DNA of 64,000 bases from the human T2T-CHM13v2.0 reference genome, Homo sapiens (GCF_009914755.1 NC_060930.1); one strand, 5' to 3'; counted from the first letter of the stretch, positions 1 to 12,489 are shown. Numbers and translations: made by a program. Notes: generated from the letters alone by a model not told the origin.

Positions 1-1069
1 TCAGAGCACTTAGAAAGAAAGAGGCAGGCAGGCTCTGGGAAGGAAAACAGGAAGTGGGAAAAAAAACACTTAACTATGTAAGACTGAGAGGCATCTGGAG
101 CCCAGAGGAGCTGGAAGGAGACACAGAGCCAGGGAGAGATGGAGAGGATAGACAGGGAGATAACAGAGAGGAGAGCAGACAGATGCAGAAAGAGAGCACA
201 CATGGGAATCCAAGCAAACTGGGGAGAGAGAATGAAGAGGTGGGAATGCCGAGTGAGGTGCCCTCTCAGCTCTCAGAGTCCTGCAGTACGTGCACACCTA
301 CCAGCCCAGAATGTTAATTACACGCTGCCTTTAACAGCCTCCACTGCTGAGTCCCTGAAAGGGGGAGCTGGGATGCAAACCTGCAGGCAGCACGTAGCAG
401 CCCCTTAGCCAACCCAGGGGCAGGAAGCAGAAGAACCTTTCAGTGTGATCACAGAGAGAGAGGCGCAGGACAGTCTTGTGTGTCCCGCAGGAGTGGCCAG
501 TGTCCCTCATAGACCTCAAGAGCCAGAAGAGAGGCTGACCAGCTGGGCTGGGGAGTGCCTGGATAGAGAAAGCAGGGAGAGAAAGGACCCTGGGGAAGAG
601 GAAGCTCGGGAGGGACAGAGGGAGGGAGGGAGGGAAGAGGTACTAAGAGACGAAAGATCCCTCAGGCCTCCCCACCCCCACCTCACTTTTTGCAGACAAT
701 AATCCCCTTCTGCCCCTTCTGTCCTGAGATGAGGCAACCCCTCCCCCAACTCCACCCACAGCATCCTTTCAAGTTCATCAGCACCATCTATCACCACAGC
801 CAAAAAGGTCTCAGTGCCTATTCCTGCTCCCTGAGCCCTGACCCAGCCCTGGCTTTCCAGCCAGCTGCAAGTGAGAAAAACTTACTCTTCTCTTCAAGAG
901 CATTATAAAAACTGAGAATGCAACTTTCTCCTGAGTAATGAGAACTGTCTCTTTATGTCTAGCCCTTTCGTCCACCCCACCGTCTCGTGCTTTGCCTCTC
1001 CAGATCCTCCAGCCAAGATCCATCTTCAGATCAGGCATCCAAGTCAGATGGAGGAGGCCAGGCCTTGGC

Positions 1070-1155
1070 TGTGTAATCCAGGAGCTCCAATCTCAGCTGT
1101 TTGCTCCCCTCTTGGGAAAGGTACTGAATGGGCAAGCTCCTATTTCCCTCAGCCT
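1070..1155 (+). repeat. 86 bp dispersed direct repeat, copy 1
   Basis: TGTGTAATCCAGGAGCTCC...CTATTTCCCTCAGCCT; 81/86 identical to 2522-2607 with no gaps (hand alignment). Confidence 0.95.
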
Positions 1156-2521
1156 CCACCCCTGCCCACGTTACTCAGGAAAGTCCTCATATCCATGCCC
1201 TCCTCCTCCCTCTCCAGCCAGCCACCCTGCCAGCCACTGCTCAGATGGGAAAAGGAGGTCGGGACGTTCCTGAGTAGTTAATAATAAGGGGGTGAGGGGC
1301 TATGATGGTAAATCCTTTGCCCAGATCCAGGTCACAGAGAGGCACTAGGCTCTTGAGGTCCCCAGAGACCTCTAGCGAGGTGACAGCTCAGTGGACCTGA
1401 GCTTTTCTGGCCCTCCATTCACTGGGGCCCAGGCTTCAGTGGCTTCTCTGAGATGCTGATGTGTTCTCAGCACTTTAGCAAGAGATGCTCCAGGCACAGG
1501 CTTTCTGCGGCTCTCTTCTTCCCATCCCACCACTGCATCCATTTGTGTCTTCACATAAGCGCACTCCACCCGGAATCACTAGGCTAGGCCTACACATGTG
1601 GGCACATGGACATATGCCAAACACATAATACACAGGCATGCATGAGTGCCTGCAGACAGAGATGCCTGCAAAAGGGAGCATTCAAGCACACAGGGCCCCA
1701 CATAGGCAGACAGCGCAGCGCTCCATAAATACAAATTAAATTAAATATGCACAAGCACACCCATGGCAAGTCATCAGGCCTCTGCTCTGCCCAAGGCAAG
1801 GGTGTTTGGGCTGAGCAGCCTCTGCACAGCTAAGGAGCTTTTGATTTGACAAAGAAATTACATTTCTTTCACATTAAAAAAGGCTTTGAAGATTCAAAGC
1901 CTCAGGCCAGAAAGCAGTGACCACCCAGGGAACAGGGGCAACAGGTCAAGCTTTCCTCTCCCTGCTCCTGTCACTGAGAGACCGTCTTCCTCCCTGGGGC
2001 CCTGAAGGGCATTGAAAGTCATGATTTCATGAGGCTGAAACAGGATGAGTTGCTCCACAAGCCCTGCTGCCAGGCAGTGGAGAGGCTGCCCAGAGGCCCC
2101 CCAGAGCTACAGCATAGCGTCAAGCCTGTCTGGGGTCCTTCCATCTCCCTTTTGGGCACCTCATCTTTCTTTCCTTTCAGTGGCCTCCCAAGAGGCCATC
2201 AGGCTAACAACCTCGTGGGTTAATGATGTGACCTTTCTTGTCTTCTTGGGATTTTCCTGTAGTCAAAAAAGGAAGGTGTCACTGGGACAGGAAAGACATC
2301 CAGGCAGCCTCCTGCTCTGCCAGTAAGTAGACTGGGCTGTACAGGAGAGGCTGGAGACCCAGGAGAGTCAGGATAAGCTGTTTTTCTGCCCCTCTCATCA
2401 CCTTCCTCTCCTGCATGACAATAATGCTTCTTATAGGACAGAACTTGTGAGAACAGTTGCTGCTCGGGTCTTAATCATGTTCTCTCAGCTCAGAGCATTC
2501 CTCAGGCAGGGGAGGCCTCAG

Positions 2522-2607
2522 TGTGTAATCCAGGAGCTCCGACCTCAGCTGCTTGCTCCCCTCTTGGGAAAGGTGCTGAATGGGCAAACTCCTATTTCCC
2601 TCAGCCT
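2522..2607 (+). repeat. 86 bp dispersed direct repeat, copy 2
   Basis: Differs from 1070-1155 by 5 transitions only. Confidence 0.95.
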
Positions 2608-2914
2608 TTGTTGGTCTCCAAGACACATCACAGCCCATCCTTACACTCCATGATACCTGCCGATCCCTGCTTAAAATCCTCCCACGTTAACTTTAAATAC
2701 AGTTAAATCTTTTGAAATGAGCAATTTTCTGCAAAGGTCACTGTAATGCTCAGAGTTCTATGCTGCCAGGAGACCCTTGGAAGGCAATGAGGCAGTCCCA
2801 GAGTGGGGAGGGAGGGAAGTGGAGAGAAATGAGAAGACCACAGCCCCTGCAACACCCCCACCTGGGCCTCCTCCCCGCAGATGAACATCCTACACAAACA
2901 AAGCCGTGGGTTGT

Positions 2915-3045
2915 CAGGCTTGAGAACAACCCCAGAGATTGCCCAAGCCTCTGTTTCACAGATGAGAAAACAGAAGTCCAGAGAGATGACATAACTTGTC
3001 TGGGGATGCACAACCAGTCAGGGTCAGAGCTGAGGCCTGAACCTC
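2915..3045 (-). mobile_element. MIR SINE fragment
   Basis: Antisense MIR core TTTCACAGATGAGAAAACAGAAGTCCAGAGAG...AACTTGTC. Confidence 0.75.
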
Positions 3046-3139
3046 CTTGCCCCTATCCCAATGTTCTTTAAATATTAACTTTAAAAACACAGCAATACTG
3101 GTCTTTAATTCTGGAAGGTGATTATTTATACACAGCCCA

Positions 3140-3485
3140 TGTCCAGGCTGTTGCCTCTGCTTGGAATGCCCTCTCCTCAACACTGTCCCCAACATTTCTC
3201 TCTGGCAAGCTTGTATTCATACTCCAAAGTCCAACTGGCATATCACCTGCTCCCTGATTTCTCTCTCCACCCACCCCCTCAACTTCAACAGACTGAATTA
3301 CTCCTTGTCTGGGTCTCCTCCACACCCTTCATATGCCTCTGCTGGGCACATAACGACTTACATGTCTGTTTCTTTCCCTGGGCCATGGGCTCCTTCCAAG
3401 AGGGGAATTACAGCAGAGTCTAGCCCAGTGTGTAGTCCAATTGACATTGCTAATTGGGGATCAGTTGCCCATGTCCATGAATGTG
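3140..3485 (+). mobile_element. L2 LINE 3' fragment
   Basis: GCTGTTGCCTCTGCTTGGAATGCCCTC typical of the L2 3' region; degenerate tail. Confidence 0.6.
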
Positions 3486-5229
3486 TGGAGGGAAGGAATA
3501 GGTGGAGAAGGAGACTCAGGACTCAAGGTCAACTTGCTAGAAATATGGCTTGGGCTGGAGATGGTAATTCTGGGTATGCGGCTTTCTCTCCAGATATATT
3601 TGTGTCTATGAAGACCCCAAGTGCTACCCACGAGGGCAGAACAGATCCAAGGAAGGGGCATGTTCCACAGGAGGTATCAGGTGACCTGAAGGGGCCCCCA
3701 CTTCACTGTTCTCTGTCGGGACGGGGTTGAGGCAAAAGCCGCTCCTAACCTGAGCCCCTGACCCAGGCCTGGCCAATATGGGAGGTCAAGCAAGCCTGCT
3801 CCACTCCACTTTCTTTCCCCAGATGGGACATCGATTTCTCACACACCCCGAGTGAGTGTTGAGGTGGCTCTGCCCCTTTGACAACAGGTGCAGCCCAGCT
3901 CCTGAAGCAAGAAACCTAGGCCAAACATCAGGCTTGGGATTTGGGTTTGGGATAGGGTTTGAGTAGGGTTTGAGAGATGAGGTTAAGGGTGAGATTTGAG
4001 AGGCTGGGTACCACTACTTGTAGGGAGCTTTCAGATTGGTGAAGAAGAAAGAGCCCTGCCCTAAGAGAGCTCAAGGGGAAAAATACATGAATGCAGGCCG
4101 TTAGGGCCCACTGGGACACAGGGCTGAGCTATGCCTGGAGAGGAATGGGTAGGGAAGGAGAAACAGAGGGTGGGGAAAGAGGAGGAAGTGACTAGTGATG
4201 CTCTGGCCTGCCTGCTAGCTGGATGTGAGTCCAGCAATGTGAATTCTCTCTCTAAAAGCTCCTGGAGACACTCAGTTGTATGGCTCTCTGTGTGTCCCTG
4301 TATGTGAGTGTTTCTGTTTGGCAGAAGTCCGGGAGGTACGATGGAAATGGGACAGGACATTCAGAGATGAGCGACTAATTTCCTGTTAATGGCTGGTTGC
4401 TTGGCAACCCAGCTTATCTCTGCCTGTTGCCCTCAAAATTGGACTGCAGGAATTTTTAGTGTTAAAGCGCCTCCCATGGAAACTCAATTCTGTGAGAGGT
4501 GGGTCCTGTCATCACTGCCCTGCCCTTCCCTGCCCCGCTGGGTAGCAGAGCAGGGCACAGGACACACAAAAACCAAAGCCTGCCACAGCCTCTCATTCTG
4601 TCTTTTGTGCCATCCTCTCCATGAACAATCATGAATACACATATGCTTACACACACACGTGTTTATATAAGCACATGTGCACACACACAAACACACTAAT
4701 CTGTGGCTTACACACATATAACAATAGTAAACTGTTACTATATCTGAGTGCCTACCATTTGACAAATATTTTGCTTCAACTTTTACATCCACTTCATATT
4801 CTCTGTTCTTCTTCCCTGCAGCCTTATGAACTACAGTATCATCACATTTATAAACAGAAACCAGGAAATCATGTCCAGGGACCAGCGTACTCATGTGCAT
4901 GTGTTCCAGAAATTCAAGTGTGAGGGGGGACCATCTTTCCAAGGATGGACTCCATTCAAGTCCTTCATTCTTACCCCCAACAAATCCACTGAGAATAATT
5001 CCATCTGGAGAGAGAGAGAGAGCTAAGCACAGGAGTCCCTTTCTTCTTTCCAACCAACCAGGACCTCGAGGGATGCCTGTTCTCTGCCATCCCCCACCTG
5101 AGTTTGGGGACCTCAGACAGGGGCCTGAGCTGGTATGAGCTTTGGCATAAGTCACAGAGATTTAATACCATATATCCAGCGTCTGGTCTTTCAGAATGAC
5201 ATTTTCATTAGAGTGGAAATATGCCACCT

Positions 5230-5635
5230 AAACAAACAAAAAAGTATTTCTCAGCTTCCCCTGAAGATGGCAGTGACCAGTGAAATATAAGGGGAAGTCA
5301 CTGGGTGGGGATTTTGGAAAGGATTTGTAAAGGGAGGTTTCTCAGCTGATAGATACCCTTTTGCCTTCCCCAATTTCTCCTACTTTCTATCTAGAACGTC
5401 AACATGATGGCTGGAATTCTAGTGGCCATCTTAAGTCATGGGGTGACCTTGAGAAACAGAAAGACACATGGCGGCTGGGACATGGATGGTACCAAGGAGC
5501 CCTCTTGACAGGCCTGGATTGCCAACCCAGACTTCTTTTACATGAGAGAAGAGCAAACTTGAATTATATTGGCCAGTAGCCTACTCAATATTTGGCCTTT
5601 CTGTCCTGCAACTGAACCTAATACTAACAGATACA
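5230..5635 (+). mobile_element. Old MLT1-family (ERVL-MaLR) solo LTR
   Basis: ATGATGGCTGGAATTCTAGTGGCCATCTT motif; ends ...CTAATACTAACAGATACA. Confidence 0.65.
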
Positions 5636-6499
5636 GGAGGTCTCCAAAAACAGAAAGTACTGAGGCCCCTGGTGCTCAGAGATCCCTGGAAAGAGTGACT
5701 GAGCTGAGATAACCCACAGCCCCACCTTGAATCCAAGACCTTCCATTGGAAGCCAGGGCCTGCCTGTCATTGTCTTCCAGGAAAGCTGTCTCAGTCACTT
5801 CCCCGGGCCTCAGTCTTTCTCAACACAAATATCACCATCTCCATAACACCCCTCTCCCAAAATAATGCTTGTAGCTCCCCACCTCCCTCCCTCGTGAAAT
5901 CTGAAGCCTGATGAAGCCTCCCTAGACAGTTTGTGCAAAGAATGGCACAAGCATGAATGATGATTTCATCAAGAGTCTGCAGGGCACAAGGCTGTGCCAG
6001 TCCTTTTCTGGAAGGTCAGGGATAGGAAGACAGGTTAAGGAAATGCCAGAGGCTCTGAGTCTGACTGAGCCAGGGAAGGAGAACCAGGATCAGTCCATAA
6101 ACAAGCAGGAAGTAGCCCCTTTTGTTTTGGCTTAGGCCTGCACCAGGGAAGCTGAGTCACTTAGGGGTAGGGAATGGAGGCAGGGAGAGGGCAGAGCCCC
6201 CAGACTCGTGGTTAGGACCCCTAAGTGCAAAATCCCAGTTCTGGCTCCAACTTGCCCAGAAAATGAGGGTTTTTGGCTAGGTGAGCTATGAAGCCACTTT
6301 CACCCCACGAGTCTGGCGCCATGGTCCCTAGTTTATGGAGCTTGTTATCCGGTACACAGACCCCGTCTCACTCACTGTTCTCCACACCCTCTTCAGTGTT
6401 CCCCAAACCTCTAAATGAGCCCTTGTGTCCACACTTTAACATAAGCTGGACCCTCCGCCTGGATTCCTGCCCCTCCAGCACAACTCATTCCCTCCCCTT

Positions 6500-7200
6500 A
6501 TGAAGGTCTCTGTCTAAATGTTACCCTCTCAAAGACACCTTTCCTGGTCACCCTGTCGTAGGTGGCACCCGGATCACTCATCCTAATTGGTTTTCTTCAC
6601 TTAATATTTGCTTGTTTGTTGGTTTGGATACGGTGTTTCTCTCTGATATGGTTTGGATCTGTGTCCCCATCAAATTTCATGTTGAATTGTAATCCCCAGT
6701 GTTGGAGGTGGGGCCTGGTGGGAAGTGATTGGATCGTGAGGGCAGAGTTCTCGTTAACAGTTTAGCGCCATCTCCTTGGTGCTGTCCTGGGGATAGTGAG
6801 TGAGTTCCTCTGAGGTCTGGTTGTTTAAAAGGTGTGTAGCTCCTCCCTGCTCTCTCTTGCTCCTGCTCCCGCCATGTGAGATACCTGCTCTTCATTCACC
6901 TTCCCCCATGATTGCAAGGTTCCTTGGGCCTCCCCAGAAACCAAGCAGATTCCGGCACCATGCTTCCTGTACAGCCTGCAGAACTGTGAGCCAATTAAAC
7001 CTCTTCTCCTTATAAATTACCCAGCCTCAGGTATTCTTTTATAGCAATGCAAGAATGGCCTAATACCCTCTCCCATGAGAATATTAACTCCATGAAGACA
7101 GAGATTTTGTCTGTTTTGGTGCATTGCTGAATCCTCAGCATGTAAAATAGCACATAGTAGACATTTTAATAAATAGTTAACTGACAAACAGAATGAGTGA
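6500..7200 (+). mobile_element. L2 3' end split by an MSTA insertion
   Basis: L2-like sequence at 6500-6643 continues at 7073-7200 (CTCCATGAAGACAGAGATTTTGTCTG...GCACATAGTAGACATTTTAATAAAT). Confidence 0.75.
6644..7067 (+). mobile_element. MSTA-type MaLR solo LTR, full length
   Basis: Starts TGATATGGTTTGGATCTGTGTCCCC, ends ATAGCAATGCAAGAATGGCCTAATAC; 5 bp TSD CTCTC at 6639-6643 and 7068-7072. Confidence 0.92.
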
Positions 7201-7281
7201 CTACACGTGCAAGTGTATCTACATTTTTTCATCCACATGCGTATACATATATACATACTTCCATGCACGCATCCCACACCT

Positions 7282-7312
<31 letters not shown>
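7282..7312 (+). repeat. (CA)n microsatellite
   Basis: About 14 consecutive AC units. Confidence 0.95.
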
Positions 7313-8608
7313 GCTTTTTGCATAAATGGAAATTCTAATACACTTTTTCAGGACATCTTAGAATTACACAAGCTAGAAAGGCAATGCCAGAGTCTCATTC
7401 CTAGCAGACGTCAGTCTGCATAACAAAGCATGTGGGGTATGGCAATGAAATTTAATGTTCAAATCGCATAATAAAATATTTTTATTTATATGCCTTTTAT
7501 ATTCCCTATATAATAAAAGTAACAGTATTTTCATGGATGCTTTTCTTATTCAGTGTGTAGCTCACTCCTACTTCTGGTTTTACATGAGGCTCTTTTAGCA
7601 ATACTCTGGGGAAACACCCAGCAAGAGAGGGATAGGCAATTTACTCTTGAATGGTTTATAACACCATGTAACCAATGGCAACCCTCATGGGCTACTCCCC
7701 ATCTCCCCCTAGTTGTTGGGGATGGGAGGGAGCATGCGCTGGGCTAGAGTAGTCAAAAGAGTTGAACAAAACATACTCTTAGCATGTAAATCACCTTCAT
7801 TTCCCCCTCCCTTTCTTATTTATGCTACATAATAGAGTAATTAGTTCATATTTGCTAACAGTAAAAGAGAACCAGGTCAAAATGGTAAAGTTTCTTATAG
7901 GTACAACTTTTCTGTTTCACAGGTAAATATTGGTATTGTGTACAGGATGTAATAATTTATCTATTTCAAATGCTCATTAACAGCTATTAAACTTTATTAT
8001 TTATTAATCGGTGAATAATTTATTTAATTTTTAAAAATTAAATATAGAACTACTAATGGATTAAATTTAAATACTTAAGTCTAATATAAGTGGACAGGGA
8101 TTCCAGTAGAGAACTGTGTTCTGCAAAGTGTTCTGTGTAAGATACAAGAATCCTGTGTATGGACAGACTTCTAGCTGTACATGGAATATACACTTATGTA
8201 CTCATGAATGAGAATCAGGGCAGCAGCAGCCATAACAAACAGAGGTAAGGTTAGTCTGATTCCACTTAGACAGTGACTTCAAACCCTGTGGATCAACGCT
8301 TGCATCTCTCCTGGACAGGCACATTTGCACACCTGGCTACCCCCAAAGAGGGAAGCCTAGGGCAGTTCACACACAGAAAGTAAGACAGAGAGAGATACAA
8401 GCGACCTTCGTCATGGGATCACATTCAGTCCTGCTTGCAAGTCCAACCTTCCCACAGCTGACATTAACCCCTGGTATTTAGCATATTAACTTCTCAGAGC
8501 TGACCTTTTTGAACTTGACCTTTGCCTGCTAAACCTGTGGAGCCAGCCAGTTCCACAAAGAGTTTTAGAGCCGTCTCAGCCATTCTGATGATAGCTCCTG
8601 ATACCAGT

Positions 8609-8965
8609 CATCTTGGTCTGTTCAAGCTACTATAACAAAATACCTTAGACTGGGTGATTTATAAACAATAAACTTATTTATCACAGTTCTGGAGGCTGGG
8701 AAGTTCAAGATCAAGGAGCTGGCAGATTTGGTGTCTGGTGAGGGTCTGCTGCTTGGTTCATAGATGGCGCCTTTTGGCTGTGCCCTTACAGGATAGAAGA
8801 GATGAGGGAGTTCTCTGGGGTCTCCTTTATAAGTGCGCTTATCCCATTTATAAGAGCTCCAACCCCATGACCTAATCGCTTCCCAAAGGCCTCACCACCA
8901 CTTTGGGGGATAGTATTTGAACATATGAATTTGGGGTGTGGGACACAAATATCGAGGCCATAGCA
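8609..8965 (-). mobile_element. MLT1A-type MaLR solo LTR
   Basis: CTATAACAAAATACCTTAGACTGGGT...CACAGTTCTGGAGGCTGGGAAGTTCAAGATCAAGG...GGCCATAGCA; TSD CCAGT at 8604-8608 and 8966-8970. Confidence 0.9.
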
Positions 8966-8966
8966 C

Positions 8967-9085
8967 CAGTGCTTCTCACATTTCCATGTGCACACAAATT
9001 ACTTGAGGATCTTGTTAAAATGCATATTCAGATTAGCAAGACTGGGATGGGTCTGAGTCTGCATTACTGACAAGCTGATGCTGTT
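8967..9085. mobile_element. MER5A-like hAT-Charlie DNA transposon
   Basis: CAGTGCTTCTCA terminus; GGATCTTGTTAAAATGCA...TCTGCATT core. Confidence 0.8.
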
Positions 9086-9501
9086 AGAAATGACCCAGGG
9101 CCTTACTTATAACAGAAGGGCCTTAGGCTACAGAAGCCCTTTCTTTTCCCCGGAGTTTCCACTCTCCCTGCTACACATTCTCCAACCCCAGGTCCTCTTG
9201 CAGCTCTAGCCACTGGGCTTGGAGCTCATGTGGCTGGTTGTGGTGGGATGAGCTGAACTGTCTCAATCTCTCAGTTGATGCCGAGTACCAGAGCCTTTAC
9301 CAACGGCTGAGTATGCAGCTGGGCAACCTGGGTGGGATCCTGCCCCATGGAACATGCATGATCTTAGGGAGGAAGCCATGAACCAGTCCCCATATGATTC
9401 CTTTTAAGGAAGAAGGTGTGCAGGGGTCTGGGGATTAACACTTTAATACTCCTAGCATCATGCTAAGCACTCATCAGGGGCTCACTAAATAGTTACAGAA
9501 T

Positions 9502-9760
9502 ATAGAACATGATTAAAACACATATTCTAGAGCCAGAGTGCCCAGGTTCAAACCCTCTAATTCCCAGCTGTGTGACATTGAGTCACTTACTTAACATCTC
9601 TGGGTGGCCATGTCTTCATCTGTCAACCTGGGAAAATACCCACCTCATAAGTTGATAAACTTTGAATGAGATACTACGTTAAATATATGTGTGTGTGTCT
9701 AGAAACTGCTTAGCATGTAAATTCAGTGGTACCTACTATTATTCATTATTATAAGCTATC
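9502..9760 (+). mobile_element. MIR SINE, near full length
   Basis: CTAGAGCCAGAGTGCCCAGGTTCAAA...AGCTGTGTGACATTGAG...TTCATCTGT. Confidence 0.85.
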
Positions 9761-10224
9761 TGGTGAGTGGGATCAAATTGTCTTCACATCTAAACGGTTC
9801 TCTATGAGCTTCACCCATCCCTGACTCTAAAATCCAATCACCATTTTCATAAGAAGATAAACTAAGACAGGGCAGGAAACCTTTCCATTACCTGGTTCTC
9901 CGTCCCTGGAAGCCTTAGCAGTTGACTAGCTCTGCCCATCTTCAGAGCAATCAACACAGCAGCCGTGGTCCTGAATTCCTGAATGAGCACAATATGCTTC
10001 CTTGAATCTCTAAGAGACATTAAATTGCATCCGACAGGGTTTTGATGTTCTCTGGGTTTTGCTGAATCTTATTTATTTGAAAACTCATTGTATGATACCT
10101 ACAGTGAGTCTCTCCTAAGCAGCATGAGCAGGGCTGAGGAGTCAGACAGGCCCAAGGCCAAATCCTGGTTTCATCCCTCCCATGAGGATCACACCTACAG
10201 CAGAGGATGGCATGCTGTTCTCGG

Positions 10225-10400
10225 GAGGCAGAACCCCTGACTCCAATTCCAGATCTACCATTAGCAAAGTTCATGTCTCTGGCAAATTGGTGAACCTTTC
10301 TGAGCTTCAGCTTCCTGATTTCGGTTGAGTGAATAATGGTATCTGCTACCAGGGTTCTTGAGGATAAAATGAGATGATGCAGGGAAAGCATTTGGTTAGC
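10225..10400 (+). mobile_element. MIR SINE
   Basis: AACCTTTCTGAGCTTCAGCTTCCTGA...GAGGATAAAATGAGATGATGC. Confidence 0.75.
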
Positions 10401-11139
10401 CAATGGGAACTGGCATCCAATATGCTGTTATACAGTAGTATTTGTTATAAGGATTTACTTATCCCTCTACTGCCTGCTCCAGTTCAGGACAACACTGGTC
10501 TGGGGGACTTCAGGACCTGGAGGAGGGGGATGGAGGTGTTACGGGAAAGGGCAATCAAGCAGGCCTTTACCCAGACCCCTGTTGCTTGGAAGCGTTTGCT
10601 GCAGGTATGAAAAAGTTTAAAGAGGTAGAAAGTGTCAGCCCTTGAGAGGTGTTGATGGACTATGACAGAGGCCCTGTTAAATGAGCCCCTTGGGGAATAG
10701 CCTTGGGGAGATCCTTTGCAGTAGGAAATTCACCACTCCTAGTCCCAGCACCTACGAATGGGAGATTGTCAGGGACCAGGAAGAGGAAGATTTATTCTGG
10801 GTTGAAAATTACATCCCTCACTGTTGCAGTATTTCTTTACCTCCCTTAAAATGTGAAAGCCAGATTCAACAAACTCTGTGGCCTCAGGAACTCAGACGTC
10901 CAATTTACATGTAAATGGAGACCAAGAGCTTCAGAAGGAAAAAAATGTTGGGAAAATTGTGACTTAAGGATAAAGCCTTGGGGACAATCCAGAGGAGACA
11001 TATCCCTGAGGGAGAAGAACTGAAAGGATTCAGAGGCTGACTCCTATATGTCTGCTGAAGAGGTCCCTTACATCCAAGTGACTAGAAGCTAAGGGGCCTC
11101 CAACACTGTTCCCTTCACACTGACAATTCCCTTCATATT

Positions 11140-11330
11140 GATAACATGGATGTGGAGCCTATGATATGCCAGGCACTGTACTGAGTGCTTTACACTCACC
11201 ACCCCATGTACTCCTCAAACAATCTGGCAGGGTTGGCATTACCACCATCTCCATTATACAGGTGAGGAAACTGAGTGCCAGAGTAATGTGCCCACCTAGG
11301 AGGTGAGAAAGGCAGCTGGTTGCTCTGAAG
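11140..11330 (-). mobile_element. MIR SINE
   Basis: TGCCAGGCACTGTACTGAGTGCTTTAC...CATTATACAGGTGAGGAAACTGAG. Confidence 0.85.
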
Positions 11331-12024
11331 CACGGTAGTGCTGCCTCCTGGGGCTGGCCCCACTTAGCTGTGAACTTCAGGAGAGCCCCAGGCTGGGGCC
11401 GGAGGAAGCCCCTCCAAGCACTGCCAGCCTGGCTGCTGTTATTCGCACAGGCTGCCTTCCTTTTCAACCACAGTTTACACAAATCCCTCCCAGGAAGCTT
11501 TGAATTTACCAAATTAGTAAATTAGAGAAGAGATATGGCTTTCATCTCACTGATATATAATCTAAAAACAAACAAACAAAAAACCATCCAAAACCCTTAC
11601 AGCCAACAAATACATGTCTTCTACTTAGGCAAAAATAAAGGGAGTAGTAAGACAGTCCCCAGTTCCATCAATTGCGTAAATAAAGAAAATCATTAACTGG
11701 CTGTTAAGAAGTTGGTTAAAGGAAAATTGAACACAGAGGTGCCTGAGTAACTGGGTATGCAGTTATTTTGTCTTTGCTTTTTCAAGAACATTAACATGTT
11801 TCCTATCAATTATTTTTAAATTTAGGTCTGATTGAGACTCTTTGAGTTGTGATACATCTAATAGTTGCCTTGGGCCTCTGTCCTCCCACCCCAAGTCTCA
11901 AAACATAAGATCATATAAAAGTGCTTAATAAATGCTTGCTGATCTAACAGTCAATTCTGCTTGAAAATGTGTCTCCCAGCCGTGGTCCAGCATTCATCAG
12001 GGACCCAAGAAACCTGCAAGCACA

Positions 12025-12200
12025 GAATATTTGAACTGGAAGAGACCTTAGAAATTGCTTTGCCCCACCCCTTGATTTTACTCCAAAGGGTCTGCACAAG
12101 AGGAATGAGAGAAACCTGCCTGGAGCACATGGTTGGTTAAGACTGAGACAGGCCGGGAACCCAGGCCCTCTCCCTCCCAGGCCAGCGTGCTTCTCTCTCA
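12025..12200 (-). mobile_element. MIR3/MIRc-like fragment
   Basis: GAACTGGAAGAGACCTTAGAAAT...GGGAACCCAGG...TCCCAGGCCAG. Confidence 0.6.
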
Positions 12201-12489
12201 GCTCTTTGCTGATGGAGAGAAATCAGAAAGCCCATTAAAAACATACTCCAGTAGCAAACCCAGGAAATCTCATCAGTTCTGGAAAACAGGGGCCACTGAG
12301 CACAACCCTGGAGAGAATAAGTACTCACTACTTTGTTAGTACCATCATAACATCTAATTTTTAAACTACACAGTTTGTCTCTATTAGAACCCTGCAAAGA
12401 CAGGTCAAGCCTTGCTGAAGTCACCTCAGGGTTAGCACAGACTCTTGTCCCAGGGGAAGAAAAAGAAAGAAAACTGACGTTGGCTTAGG

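Noticed and set aside
3161-3730. 189 aa ORF (likewise 24004-24579 and 26787-27308)
   Set aside because: No recognisable domain; 3161-3730 overlaps L2 and 26787-27308 overlaps LTR33; lengths are plausible by chance in GC-rich DNA.
3930-4000. Interstitial telomeric repeat
   Set aside because: No perfect TTAGGG tandem units; kept only as a G4 motif.
4484-5155. 223 aa minus-strand ORF
   Set aside because: Runs through a CA-rich low-complexity tract; no recognisable domain.
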